Of a stretch of 64,000 bases of DNA, positions 17,831 to 27,541 are shown piece by piece (positions within the stretch are counted from its first letter, which is position 1; each line of letters starts with the position of its first letter). The position numbers and the translations under genes were made by a program. The stretch lies in contig CAZGML010000002.1 in assembly GCA_964526965.1 (NCBI GenBank), positions 1,506 to 65,505 of the forward strand. The letters are read 5' to 3'. Source of the DNA: an uncultured Sphaerobacteraceae bacterium. Its GTDB lineage: Bacteria > Chloroflexota > Chloroflexia > Thermomicrobiales > UBA6265. Under the pieces are notes generated by a model. The model searched no databases. It had not been told where the DNA came from and was given only the letters and a program-made list of their open reading frames with translations.

Positions 17831-19450
17831 GTGAAGCAGGAAAACGGCTACGACGTTGTCATTGTGGGATCGGGTGTTGCCGGCGCGCTCATAGCAGCTC
17901 GTTTGAGCGAAGCAGGTGCGTCAGTTCGCATTCTTGAGGCCGGGCTGCGAACCGATCGTGAAGAAGCGGTCAACCGGTTCCGCGCCGGCAAGTATGCTTA
18001 CGAGAACCCGGAGTGGGTTCCCCAGCCCGCCGGACAGGACGTGAACAACTATTACGTTCAGGATGGCGAGGTCATGTTCGACAGCGACTATGAACGTCGC
18101 GTGGGTGGCACCACGTGGCACTGGCTCGGCAACTGCCCCCGGTTGCTACCAAGCGATTTTGAAATGAACACCCGATTTGGCGTCGGGGTCGACTGGCCAA
18201 TGAGCTACGACGACCTCGAACCCTGGTACCTGGATGCGGAAAAGGAGCTCGGTGTTGCGGGGAACAGCGAGCACAACGATGGCTCACCACGCAGTGGCGA
18301 TTACCCGATGCCTCCCCTGCCCCTCGCGTCCGGCGATCAGATGTTCAAGGAAGCCGCCGCCAGCCTTGGCCTTGAACTGTTGGAGACGCCACAGGCCCGA
18401 AACTCCGAAGAGGGATACCAGGGCAGGTCGATTTGCTGCGGCAACGCCATGTGTATTCCGGTATGCCCGGTGCAGGCGAAATACGACGCTACCGTGCATC
18501 TGGATATCGCTGAAGCGGCCGGTGCCGAGCTTACAGAAGGCGCCATGGTATCCAACATCGTTGTGGGAGACGACGGCGCCGTAAGCCGCGTTGAGTATCT
18601 CGATTCCGATGGAAATGTGCACGAGGTCTCGGGAAAGACGTTTGTGATCGCGGCCAACGGTATCGAAACGCCGCGGCTATTGCTCATGTCCAAAAGCGAC
18701 GCTACACCAAACGGCGTTGCCAATAGCAGCGACCAGGTTGGGCGCTATCTCGCGGATCACCCCGAAGCGCGGGTTTCCGCGGTGGTACCGAATGCTTATG
18801 CAGGTTATCGCGGGCCGCTCCAGCTTTCCGGTATCGACCAGGTGCGCGAGGGTGATTTCCGCAGCGAACGTGCAGCGATCCGATTTCAGGTCAGCCACAG
18901 CGTAGGGAGCCCACAAAACGTGGCGGCATCGCTCATCGAGGAGGGCAAGGTGGGTGTCTCGCTCTTCTCCAGTATTGAAGAGGCTGCTCCGTACCAGGTG
19001 CGACTCGCCAGCATGATCGAGCAATTGCCTGATCCTGAGAATCGGGTCACGCTGGCTGAAGATCAGCTTGATCCCCTGGGGCTTCCGCGTCCGAAGCTGA
19101 CCTATTCCTACGATGACTACATCATGGGTGGATGGGAGGCTGCCAACGAGCTCCACGATCAGATTCTCGAGGCGGTGGGTGCTACGAATATCGTTCATTC
19201 GGAGCAGCTCGGTGGTGTGGGTCACCTGATGGGCACAACGCGCATGGGTGATGATCCGGAAACATCAGTGACGGATAGCCACGGTCGAACACACGATCAC
19301 GAAAATCTCTTCATCGCGGGGGCTTCGCTCTTCCCCACGACCGGTACAGCGAACCCGACGCTGACGATCGCCGCGCTTTCGTTGCGGACAGCAGATCACC
19401 TCATGAGCGAGCTCGGGCTGGAAGAAGCTGCTGCAAGTCTTGTTTACTAG
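17831..19450 (+). CDS. GMC family oxidoreductase (FAD sugar dehydrogenase large subunit)
   Basis: DVVIVGSGVAG, VGGTTWHW, Fe-S Cys motif CCGNAMCIPVCP, HLMGTTRMG and TANPTLT. Confidence 0.93.
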   Translation: MKQENGYDVVIVGSGVAGALIAARLSEAGASVRILEAGLRTDREEAVNRFRAGKYAYENPEWVPQPAGQDVNNYYVQDGEVMFDSDYERRVGGTTWHWLGNCPRLLPSDFEMNTRFGVGVDWPMSYDDLEPWYLDAEKELGVAGNSEHNDGSPRSGDYPMPPLPLASGDQMFKEAAASLGLELLETPQARNSEEGYQGRSICCGNAMCIPVCPVQAKYDATVHLDIAEAAGAELTEGAMVSNIVVGDDGAVSRVEYLDSDGNVHEVSGKTFVIAANGIETPRLLLMSKSDATPNGVANSSDQVGRYLADHPEARVSAVVPNAYAGYRGPLQLSGIDQVREGDFRSERAAIRFQVSHSVGSPQNVAASLIEEGKVGVSLFSSIEEAAPYQVRLASMIEQLPDPENRVTLAEDQLDPLGLPRPKLTYSYDDYIMGGWEAANELHDQILEAVGATNIVHSEQLGGVGHLMGTTRMGDDPETSVTDSHGRTHDHENLFIAGASLFPTTGTANPTLTIAALSLRTADHLMSELGLEEAAASLVY

Positions 19451-19464
19451 CACCTTGAATTTGC

Positions 19465-19496
19465 ACAGAACCCGGCCTCGTTGGGCCGGGTTCTGT
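19465..19496. terminator. Terminator hairpin between convergent genes
   Basis: ACAGAACCCGGCC-tcgttg-GGCCGGGTTCTGT. Confidence 0.75.
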
Positions 19497-19520
19497 CGTT
19501 AAACCTGTTCCTTGATGTAC

Positions 19521-20582
19521 CTATTTCTTCACGGAATCCCAGGTGAAGAACCGCACGGCTACTGCGATGGCCACGATGCTGATGCCTGCCAGGATCAGCA
19601 GTTCCATCCAGATTGCCCCAATGCCGTTGCCGTAGAGCATTGGCTCGCGCAGGGCCTCCACGCCGTAACGCAGCGGCATCACTGCCATGATTGGTCGCAT
19701 CCAATCCGGCATGGAATCAATTGGGAAGAACACGCCGCTCAGGAACATCATCGGGAAGGTGAGCATATTCGCAAGCCCCGCGGCTGTTTCCACATTGCGT
19801 GCGATGGCCGCAATCCCCGCGCCGATGCTGAGCATACATGTGCTGACCAGAACGATCGCCAGTGCGATGAGCAGCCAGTTACCACGCACATTTGCACCAA
19901 AGAGCAGCATGGCTAGGCTGATGAGGACGACGGTGCTCAGCAACCCGACGATCATGGCACCGAGTACCCGGGCAGAGAGGAACTTCCAGAGCGGAAATGG
20001 CGTGACCTTAATCCGGCGCAGGATACCTTTCTCCCGGAAGGTGACGAATGCCGTGGAGATACCGATGATCCCCGTATTCATCAAGCTGAGGGCGATGATG
20101 CCGGGCAGGAACCAGTCCATAAACGACGTGTTGAGCGAATCCACCTCGACCTGCTCGATGTCCACACCCATGCCCGCGCCGAGCACCTCCATGAGGATAG
20201 ACCGGGTAGCGCTCATAGCAATCTGACTGTTGACATCCCCCTGTCGATCGGGCGAGTAGATGCGAATTGGATCGCTTTCATTTGCCGGGAACTCGAGAAC
20301 CAGCACACGGTCGTTATTCTCCAGCGCTTCCAGTTCCTCGGCATCCGCGCCCTGGTAAACACTGAAACCATCTGCGCCATCCATTGCATCGACAACGGCA
20401 GCCTGGAGCTGGGTTTCCGCCCCGATGATGCCAACGTCGAAGTTGGAGAAGTTGTCGTTATCCCAAATAGAACCAAACAGGATGATGAAGAGTGCCGGGA
20501 AGGCGAGGTTCCAGAACATCGCCTGGCGGTTGCGCAGGCTCATCTTGATGTTGGCAACCAGCATGGCGAGGAATGAGGTCAT
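19521..20582 (-). CDS. ABC-2 type transporter permease
   Basis: REKGILRRIKVTP and FLSGVFFPI..MPDW; multiple TM segments. Confidence 0.92.
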   Translation of the reverse strand: MTSFLAMLVANIKMSLRNRQAMFWNLAFPALFIILFGSIWDNDNFSNFDVGIIGAETQLQAAVVDAMDGADGFSVYQGADAEELEALENNDRVLVLEFPANESDPIRIYSPDRQGDVNSQIAMSATRSILMEVLGAGMGVDIEQVEVDSLNTSFMDWFLPGIIALSLMNTGIIGISTAFVTFREKGILRRIKVTPFPLWKFLSARVLGAMIVGLLSTVVLISLAMLLFGANVRGNWLLIALAIVLVSTCMLSIGAGIAAIARNVETAAGLANMLTFPMMFLSGVFFPIDSMPDWMRPIMAVMPLRYGVEALREPMLYGNGIGAIWMELLILAGISIVAIAVAVRFFTWDSVKK

Positions 20583-21550
20583 GCCACACCTCCCTCAACC
20601 GTGCCTTGCTCCTCTTCCTCATAGGTTCGTCCCGTGAGGCTAAGGAAAACATCCTCCAGGTCGGCACTGGTGCTGGAGAGATCGCTCAGGCGAATATCTT
20701 GCTGCTCCGCCAGTGAGAGTAATGATGTGATGGTGGCTTGTACATCGGATGTCCCGACGCGAAGGGACTCGCCCTCAACCTCAGCATAGGTAGCTCCGGG
20801 GAGTTGCTGCAGTTGCTCGCTTGTCCATCCGGTGGCCTGGCTGGAGAGTGCTTTTACCACAGCATCCTGTGGCAGCGCGCGAATGAGCGCCTCCGGTGTA
20901 TCGCAGGCGATGACCTTGCCAGCATCCATGATCGCAATGCGGTCACAAAGGTGTTCGGCTTCGTCCATATAGTGCGTTGTGATCACCACCGTGGTGCCAC
21001 TGGCGCGAACATCGAGAATGGTCTGCCAAAGGTTACGGCGTGCGTGCGGATCCAGCCCGGTGGTGGGCTCATCGAGGAAGGTGACAATGGGGGTGTTCAC
21101 CAGCGCCAGTGCGATGCTGAGCCGCTGCTGCTGACCGCCGCTGAGCTCCTCCATTCGACTGTCGGCTTTCGCTTCAAGATCGACGCTGCCAAGGAGTTGG
21201 GATGCTCGCTCTGCCGGGTTCTTCACGCCATAGAAATGGCCGAAGAGTTCCACAAGCTCGTGAGCCGAGAGGAACGGAAAGAGCGACGTGCTTTGCAGCT
21301 GCACGCCGATGATCTTGCGAACCTCATCAACCTGCTCCACAGCATCCAGGCCATTTACTGTGATACTGCCGGCGTCCGGCTCGCGCAGGCCTTCGATCAT
21401 TTCCAGGGTGGTGGTTTTGCCTGCCCCGTTTGGCCCGAGGATACCGAAGATCTCACCGGGATGAATATCGAGGTCGATGTTGTTAACCGCAGTGAAACCA
21501 GCATACTTTTTGGTGACATTGCGAAGCTGAATGATTGGATCGGTGGACAT
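20579..21550 (-). CDS. ABC-2 type transporter ATP-binding protein
   Basis: GPNGAGKTT, LSGGQQQR, LDEPTTGLD and TTHYMDEAE. Confidence 0.95.
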   Translation of the reverse strand: MSTDPIIQLRNVTKKYAGFTAVNNIDLDIHPGEIFGILGPNGAGKTTTLEMIEGLREPDAGSITVNGLDAVEQVDEVRKIIGVQLQSTSLFPFLSAHELVELFGHFYGVKNPAERASQLLGSVDLEAKADSRMEELSGGQQQRLSIALALVNTPIVTFLDEPTTGLDPHARRNLWQTILDVRASGTTVVITTHYMDEAEHLCDRIAIMDAGKVIACDTPEALIRALPQDAVVKALSSQATGWTSEQLQQLPGATYAEVEGESLRVGTSDVQATITSLLSLAEQQDIRLSDLSSTSADLEDVFLSLTGRTYEEEEQGTVEGGVA

Positions 21551-21618
21551 GGAACTCCCTCGCGACGAATTTGACGCCGCAGAGATTGTACATGGGTATT
21601 GCTTTACGAAATCGGGAA

Positions 21619-21954
21619 TTACTCCAGAAGTGTTTCTGGTTGATCAATCAACACCGGGATTTCCCCCGATGCGTATTGCCACAACAGATCACGATCAACT
21701 TCCCGGTATTCGTGAATTAGATGGTGACGGAGTGACACCCACTCGTGAATATCAGGGAAGTCACGTTCCAGATACTCGTCGGTCGACCTGGCGGCCCGCA
21801 GGGCCTCGCCAATGATTTCGAATTGTCTGATGTAAGCGGACTCTACCAGGAGGTCTTCTTCTAGAATGTCACGGCTGTGCCGAGCTACCCAGCCATGGAT
21901 TGCCGTTGCCGCGAACAGTGCATCCTGAAGACGCTCCCGAACCCTATCGTTCAT
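21619..21954 (-). CDS. HepT-like (DUF86) HEPN ribonuclease toxin
   Basis: FEIIGEA and LRHHLIHEY (RX4HXY). Start at ATG 21954 overlaps the end of the MNT gene. Confidence 0.88.
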   Translation of the reverse strand: MNDRVRERLQDALFAATAIHGWVARHSRDILEEDLLVESAYIRQFEIIGEALRAARSTDEYLERDFPDIHEWVSLRHHLIHEYREVDRDLLWQYASGEIPVLIDQPETLLE

Positions 21955-22249
21955 AGATGGGAATCGCAGTTTGATCGACAGACTGTTTGAATTCGGCTCG
22001 TCTAATAGCAGGACGGGAAACAAGATCGAAATTATCGCCAACGATCCGTTCGAGACCGGCGGCGAGTCGCATTGATCGTCGTCCCGCAGTTTTGTTGTAT
22101 TCGCCGATATCGAAAAGAAAATCAAGGTCGGATCGCTCCGGATCCCAGTTGCCAGTGGCGGCAGAGCCGAAGAGCCAGAGTCCCTTGATTTCGTTCTCTT
22201 CACAGAGCGCGATCAGTTGCTCTCGGTTGTTTTCAATGACGTCGATCAT
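21944..22249 (-). CDS. Minimal nucleotidyltransferase (MntA-type antitoxin)
   Basis: LFGSAATG...SDLDFL (GS-x10-DxD). Confidence 0.9.
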   Translation of the reverse strand: MIDVIENNREQLIALCEENEIKGLWLFGSAATGNWDPERSDLDFLFDIGEYNKTAGRRSMRLAAGLERIVGDNFDLVSRPAIRRAEFKQSVDQTAIPIYER

Positions 22250-22287
22250 GGTGTACCTCGTTTGCCTTTCAGCATAGTGAGCACAAC

Positions 22288-23388
22288 CTACGATTGCAAT
22301 TGCCGCACGATCTCCGGGATCTCATCCAGGTTTCGCGGCGACGCGAGGAAGACATGGGTCACGCCGATCTCTGCCAATTGCGCGAGCTGGGCGCGAACGC
22401 TGGCGACATCTCCCGCGACAACCAGTTCGCTCATCAAATCGGTGGGGATGGCTGCCCGGGCTGCGTCGAGATCACCCTCCCGGCGAAGGGCGCTGAACGC
22501 GCCTCCTCGGTCCAGCACGTCGTCGACCTTCATGGCAGTGCGGACGTCGGCCATGATCGAATCGATATCGTGTGAATGGCTCTGGAGCAATCGTTCCATA
22601 CCGGGAAGCGCATGGATCATCGCCACTGTCGTCTTGCGATTCTCATACAGCGCTTCGGGGTCATCAGTGATGGTGACCTGACACCGGGCGTAGAAAGTGA
22701 TCGCTTCTGGATCGCGGCCGGCCTTAGCCGCCAACTGTTTCACGTGCGCGATTTGATCCCGCATGAACGAAATCGATGTGAGATCGTTGAAGATCACACC
22801 GTCCGCATACTCAGCGGCGATCCGCATGGCAATTGGTCCAACGGCGGCCAGGTAGATCGGTACGTCGTCCTGCAGGGGACGCAGTTCCCGCTCCCAGCCT
22901 TGCACGCCGAGTTCGGTCATATCGGGCGGTGAGCTGGCGAACATCGTCTCGCTCCACCACTGGCGGAGCAGTGAGATGGTTTCCGGCAAGCGTTCGGTGG
23001 GGTTGCCGACATCCATGCCGAGTGCGCGTTCATACCATTCGGTCTGACCGCGGCCGAGGCCAAGGAATGCGCGGCCATCGCTCAGGAAATCCAGCGTGCT
23101 GACACTGGCGGCGATTTGGGATGGGTGGCGATAGTACGGATTCACCACGCCGGTGCCAAGCCGAAGGTTCTCCGTTTGGCGGGCGATGGCGCTGAGGACG
23201 GCGAATGCATCCCAGCCGTCTGGATCCTCCAGCAGCCAAAGTGAATCGATACCAGCCTCGTCGGCGATGATGCCGCGCCGGATCGTCTTTTCAACGGCGG
23301 CGCGGATGGCATCCGGATCATTTGCATCCTGGGCGCTGGCCCAGGATGCGGGGCCGCCATCGAGGCAGAACCTGAGACGATTCGGCAT
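22288..23388 (-). CDS. LLM-class flavin/F420-dependent oxidoreductase
   Basis: LRLGTGVVNPYYRHP, LSDGRAFLGLGRG and PIYLAAVGP. Confidence 0.9.
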   Translation of the reverse strand: MPNRLRFCLDGGPASWASAQDANDPDAIRAAVEKTIRRGIIADEAGIDSLWLLEDPDGWDAFAVLSAIARQTENLRLGTGVVNPYYRHPSQIAASVSTLDFLSDGRAFLGLGRGQTEWYERALGMDVGNPTERLPETISLLRQWWSETMFASSPPDMTELGVQGWERELRPLQDDVPIYLAAVGPIAMRIAAEYADGVIFNDLTSISFMRDQIAHVKQLAAKAGRDPEAITFYARCQVTITDDPEALYENRKTTVAMIHALPGMERLLQSHSHDIDSIMADVRTAMKVDDVLDRGGAFSALRREGDLDAARAAIPTDLMSELVVAGDVASVRAQLAQLAEIGVTHVFLASPRNLDEIPEIVRQLQS

Positions 23389-23390
23389 GG

Positions 23391-23657
23391 TTATTCCAGA
23401 CCTCCGTCAACCCAATCGAGAAAGGCGAGAACATCTTCCCAGCCGCCGCCGCGGGAAAGTGCTTCTTCGGTGAGCATGACATCGCGGACGTATTGGCTGA
23501 GCGTTTCGCGTAGTTCTGATTTGGACATGCGTTGCACGGTGCGTCGGCAATCGCGATGCAGATCTCCGAGCTCTTCGTTTTCATAGAGCTCGCGCGGAGA
23601 AAGCTGGAAGACTTTCTCCAGGTTTGCCCATGTTTCCATGGCAGTGTCGGCATCCAT
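23391..23657 (-). CDS. Small hypothetical helical protein (88 aa)
   Basis: AGGAGG RBS before ATG 23657; tightly packed with its neighbours. Confidence 0.75.
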   Translation of the reverse strand: MDADTAMETWANLEKVFQLSPRELYENEELGDLHRDCRRTVQRMSKSELRETLSQYVRDVMLTEEALSRGGGWEDVLAFLDWVDGGLE

Positions 23658-23667
23658 ACGGAGCCTC

Positions 23668-23940
23668 CTACTTCTCGCGGAAGTAGACGATCTTTCCGCC
23701 CTGGCGCTCGTCACCGAGCCGCATGAACAGGCCATCGACCTCGGGGTAGTGGGTCCAGTCGTCGCCGCGGTTCATGCTGTCGGCGAGTTCGGTGTCCACC
23801 AGCTGGGCGTAAATGCCGTGCTTTTTGCAGAGCCACACGTGCTCGGCACCCTCTACCGGGCGCATGCGATGGCGATCGCGCGGGTGGCGCATTCCGACTT
23901 CGCATAGTGGATTCGGGCCTGAAGATGTAGCAGAAGACAT
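23668..23940 (-). CDS. Small hypothetical Cys/His protein (90 aa)
   Basis: GGAG RBS; PLCEVGMRHPRDRH...WLCKKHG. Confidence 0.72.
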   Translation of the reverse strand: MSSATSSGPNPLCEVGMRHPRDRHRMRPVEGAEHVWLCKKHGIYAQLVDTELADSMNRGDDWTHYPEVDGLFMRLGDERQGGKIVYFREK

Positions 23941-24027
23941 GATGTGTAAAAACTCCGGATAGTTGAACAATACTCTGGTCATCAAGTATACGGGGTCGAT
24001 TGGATATCGCTCATGGTGGCCTGATTG

Positions 24028-25146
24028 TTAGCTTTCTCTGGTATCCCACTTGTGCGTGGCCAGATCTGGGAAGTGATCGGTAATCTGACGATCTCGCATG
24101 AACTGTTCTGCGCGCGATTGTTGTGCCCGTGACTCGATATCGCGAGCTGATTCATTCCAAACCCGGGAGGCCGCTTCCAGGAACTCTTCTTCCGTGAACT
24201 CCAGGAGGCGTGCGGCCCGTACAGCGTTCCGGAGGTGTCTTTCGGTTTGGGAAGCGATTGTCGGGGTCTCTGTTTCTGAGTTGGGACGAGCGTATGCATC
24301 AGTTTCTGTAGCTTTATGCGTGGTAGCTGAAGTCCTGTCACTATTCGAAAATGAATCTTTTGACTCGGCTGATGTTGTAAATGAATACCGTGAGTCTGAT
24401 TGTCCTGCTTCAGTCCGAGGCTCTCTTGACGTCGCGCGTGGTTCAGGCGAAACAACTTTGTGCAGCGTATCCTCAGGTGCGGGTACGGGCAAACCAGTGT
24501 ATGTAGAAACATCAGCGGTCCACGAAATTGGCTGGGCAGGTTCTGTCGAGGCAACATGATTCTTGCCGGGATTCTTGAACGGGGCGAGGTCGCTCTGGGT
24601 GAGTCTACCCTGCCGGAGGAAAATCTCTGTGAGCGCGGCCTGAGAATCGGGTGTCATCTTCGCGATGGTGGTCGCATGAGTCTGATAGAGCTTGCTATTG
24701 CGCAGAGCAACGAACAATTCACGACTGAGATTGCTCAGGTTCGTACGTTGTTGAACTTTGGAGCGAGTTAATCCAGTAATGGAGAAGATGTCTGATTCGG
24801 TAGCACCAGCACGCTCCAGCTGCTTTATGGCCCAGAATTCGGTGAGATAGTTTGACGCTCGAAAACCGTTGAGTACAAGTGAAATCGTGGATAACTCTGA
24901 CTCATCAATATCAGAGAGGAGGATCGCCGGCAGGTGTGTAATCCCGTTTGAGCGCGCGGCGGCAATTCGACGATTTCCGTCGACGATTCTGAGGACGATT
25001 ACTTCTTCGTGGTCGGGCGATTCGGCGACAACTATTGGTTGTACTACTCCGTTTCGCCGAACACTTCCAATGAGCGCAGGGCTTGGTGGTGTGCCGATGG
25101 TATCACCAAGTTCGGTCAGAGAGATTTGTCGAAGTGATCCTTCCAT
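24028..25146 (-). CDS. ParB/Srx N-terminal domain protein with HTH-like middle and low-complexity C-terminus
   Basis: LIGSVRRNGVVQPIVV and IVDGNRRIAAAR. GAAGGA RBS. Confidence 0.85.
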   Translation of the reverse strand: MEGSLRQISLTELGDTIGTPPSPALIGSVRRNGVVQPIVVAESPDHEEVIVLRIVDGNRRIAAARSNGITHLPAILLSDIDESELSTISLVLNGFRASNYLTEFWAIKQLERAGATESDIFSITGLTRSKVQQRTNLSNLSRELFVALRNSKLYQTHATTIAKMTPDSQAALTEIFLRQGRLTQSDLAPFKNPGKNHVASTEPAQPISWTADVSTYTGLPVPAPEDTLHKVVSPEPRATSREPRTEAGQSDSRYSFTTSAESKDSFSNSDRTSATTHKATETDAYARPNSETETPTIASQTERHLRNAVRAARLLEFTEEEFLEAASRVWNESARDIESRAQQSRAEQFMRDRQITDHFPDLATHKWDTRES

Positions 25147-25185
25147 GGATTCATCCTTCTGTTATGTTGATTGCTCCTTTGCGCC

Positions 25186-25214
25186 AGTATACACGAAATG
25201 GAACGGATGTTCTA
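25186..25214 (-). promoter_or_regulatory. Promoter with a LexA (Cheo-type) SOS box over the -35
   Basis: TAGAAC-17-TATACT on the minus strand; GAAC-GGAT-GTTC at 25201-25212. Confidence 0.7.
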
Positions 25215-25365
25215 CCCGGTCGTTGTGATCTATCGACAATTTTGCCCTCTGGAAAGTGCGCGCCACCTGATTTGATGCAGATGGACGCAAGTCGCTGGAA
25301 CATGTATAGACGCCGTGTTTGTGCAGATCATGCGGCAAATTAAAGTTGCGCTGCCAAACGCGCAT

Positions 25366-27333
25366 TTATTGCGATATTCGCCTCCGCACTTCGGCAAGTC
25401 GTCCGATTGGTGCAATGGCAGTCACCACGTCACCGGCATGCAGTTCTGTATCTGCGGTTGGTGTAACACCATGTTGATGCCGAAGAATAGCAACGACCAA
25501 TGCGCCAGGCGGTAGCTTGAGATCGCGCAGTGTGACGCCAATAACACCTGCGTTGTTCTGCACCACAGCTTCTACGAGTACAGCGTTGTTGGGCATTGAG
25601 CGGATTCGACTGGTGCCTGCCGTGGTGTGATGCTGGTACGCGATCATGGCGGATTTGTAGGTGAGCTCTCCCACGATGTCGCGCCCACGAAGAACCATTG
25701 CCCTGGTGACATCGGATTCGGTGAGCTCTGTAAGGGCGATGTCCAGTGGAGTCGACTCCTCCAACGTAACGCTCTCAGGGCTGGTTTGGGACGAAACGGA
25801 AGTGGGCTGCATTGCATCTCTGGCTGTAAGCGCACGAAGAAGAGGAAAACTCATGCGCAAACGATGTGCAGGTGCGTGAGAGCGGTCTGGGAGTTGACTT
25901 GCATAGATGGTTGTATTGCCGACCACGGCAGTGGCAACCGCTACACATAGCATGGCCGGAGCCAGCAGGCTGAGGTTTCCTGTCATTTCTGCGACCATGA
26001 GCATCACGGCGAAAGGTGCATGGGCGACTGATCCGAAGAGCGCCATCATACCGATGATGACGAACGGCGCCGGGCTGGTTGGCATATGTGGGAGCAGATT
26101 GTGCCCGAATCGCCAAATTGTGGCCCCGAGCATGCCACCGATAACCATGCCAGGGCCAAAAATACCACCAGATCCACCACTACCGATACTTAGCGATGTG
26201 GTGATCATTTTGGCAAAGGGCAAGGTGAGAATGATCCACAGAGGCATCGTCATGAGGTCTGGTCCCATCGACATCTGAACCCATCCGTAGCCTGTAGCAA
26301 TTGTTCCGTGCATTGCTATACCAATCAGGCCAACCAACAATCCACCAATGGCTGGCTTAATGTATTGTGGAATTTGCCAACGGCTGAAAAGCTGCTGTGT
26401 TCCGTAAAATGTCTTGCAGTACAGTATTCCGCCGATTCCTGCGAGAAGTCCGAGTCCGATATACCAGATGAGCGTTATGGGGTCTGTGAACGCGATTTCC
26501 GGCTGCGATCCAAAGATCGGTTCCCAACCTTCTATGACGCCAAAGACCGAATACGCAATGATGCTGGACATCAGCGCCGGCAGTAAAACGGATACTTCCA
26601 TATCGTGAATGTAGAGAATTTCGGAAGCCATAAGCGCACCGCCAAGTGGTGCCCGGAAAATCGCACCAATGCCGGCACCCATACCAGCCGAAACGGCGAT
26701 TCTTCGATCAGCGGGGCTAAGACGCAAGGCCGTTGCGAGCAGGGAGGCGAATCCGGAACTAATTTGCGCCGCAGGCCCTTCCCGGCCACCAGAGCCACCA
26801 CTCCCTATCGTGACCGCACTGGCGAGGAGTTTTACCGGAGGAACTTTTGGGTTCGTGGTGGCATTGCGAAAATGGATGCTTTCGATAGCAGCATCTGTAC
26901 CGTGTCCTTCAGCTTCAGGAGCCCAGCGGAACACGACTATTCCGCTGATGAGTCCACCGAGCATGGTGATGAGCGGTAGCAGCCACGGGCGATCCATAAC
27001 CGTTTCGACGGGAGATCCCTCGCCTATCGGCAGGGGTGGGATGTATCCGACACCTCTTCCGAGAAATAACTCGGTGGCAATATGGATCGCTTTACTGAAA
27101 AGCACGGCACCCAAACCGGCGACAATTCCGATAATGGTGCTGATAGCAAGCCACTTCAGGAGATAACGGGTGCCCTCGTATCCAGTGTTGCTATCCGATT
27201 GAGGAGTAAAGAATCTGAACCTTTCGCGTAGTGAAGACAGCGAAGATTGTGAGATTCTATTTAACATGGATACTCTTGGAGAGATTGAGGTGCGCGGAAA
27301 ATCGACAGCGTTTTTGCGTGCCGGATATTCCAT
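25366..27333 (-). CDS. ClC chloride channel/antiporter with CBS-like and TrkA-C domains (start could be 27267)
   Basis: APEAEGHGTD, GSGGSGGREGP, IGAIFRAPLGG and GGIFGP; C-terminal LRDLKLPPGALVVAILR. Confidence 0.93.
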   Translation of the reverse strand: MEYPARKNAVDFPRTSISPRVSMLNRISQSSLSSLRERFRFFTPQSDSNTGYEGTRYLLKWLAISTIIGIVAGLGAVLFSKAIHIATELFLGRGVGYIPPLPIGEGSPVETVMDRPWLLPLITMLGGLISGIVVFRWAPEAEGHGTDAAIESIHFRNATTNPKVPPVKLLASAVTIGSGGSGGREGPAAQISSGFASLLATALRLSPADRRIAVSAGMGAGIGAIFRAPLGGALMASEILYIHDMEVSVLLPALMSSIIAYSVFGVIEGWEPIFGSQPEIAFTDPITLIWYIGLGLLAGIGGILYCKTFYGTQQLFSRWQIPQYIKPAIGGLLVGLIGIAMHGTIATGYGWVQMSMGPDLMTMPLWIILTLPFAKMITTSLSIGSGGSGGIFGPGMVIGGMLGATIWRFGHNLLPHMPTSPAPFVIIGMMALFGSVAHAPFAVMLMVAEMTGNLSLLAPAMLCVAVATAVVGNTTIYASQLPDRSHAPAHRLRMSFPLLRALTARDAMQPTSVSSQTSPESVTLEESTPLDIALTELTESDVTRAMVLRGRDIVGELTYKSAMIAYQHHTTAGTSRIRSMPNNAVLVEAVVQNNAGVIGVTLRDLKLPPGALVVAILRHQHGVTPTADTELHAGDVVTAIAPIGRLAEVRRRISQ

Positions 27334-27541
27334 TTCTCACCAAGTATACGACGCATGTTCATTGGCCATTTGGAAACCAGCTGGAGGAACTGGCTCACAG
27401 CCTGCTTCGCGTGTTGCCGGCGGCGCGTTCGCGGGTGCGTTGGTGACGTTCGGTTAGTGTGTTCAGCGTGATACTTGACTTATCGCTGTTTCTGCAATGG
27501 GCTGTGTGGGCAACGGAGCGGACAGGCGAACTCGCTATGCG

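Noticed and set aside
21955-22203. N-terminal extension of the HepT ORF in the ORF track
   Set aside because: It overlaps the MNT gene in another frame; HEPN similarity begins at ATG 21954.
22736-22751. TGTTTCACGTG partial parS matches (also near 58960)
   Set aside because: Only one half-site plus the core matches; likely chance.
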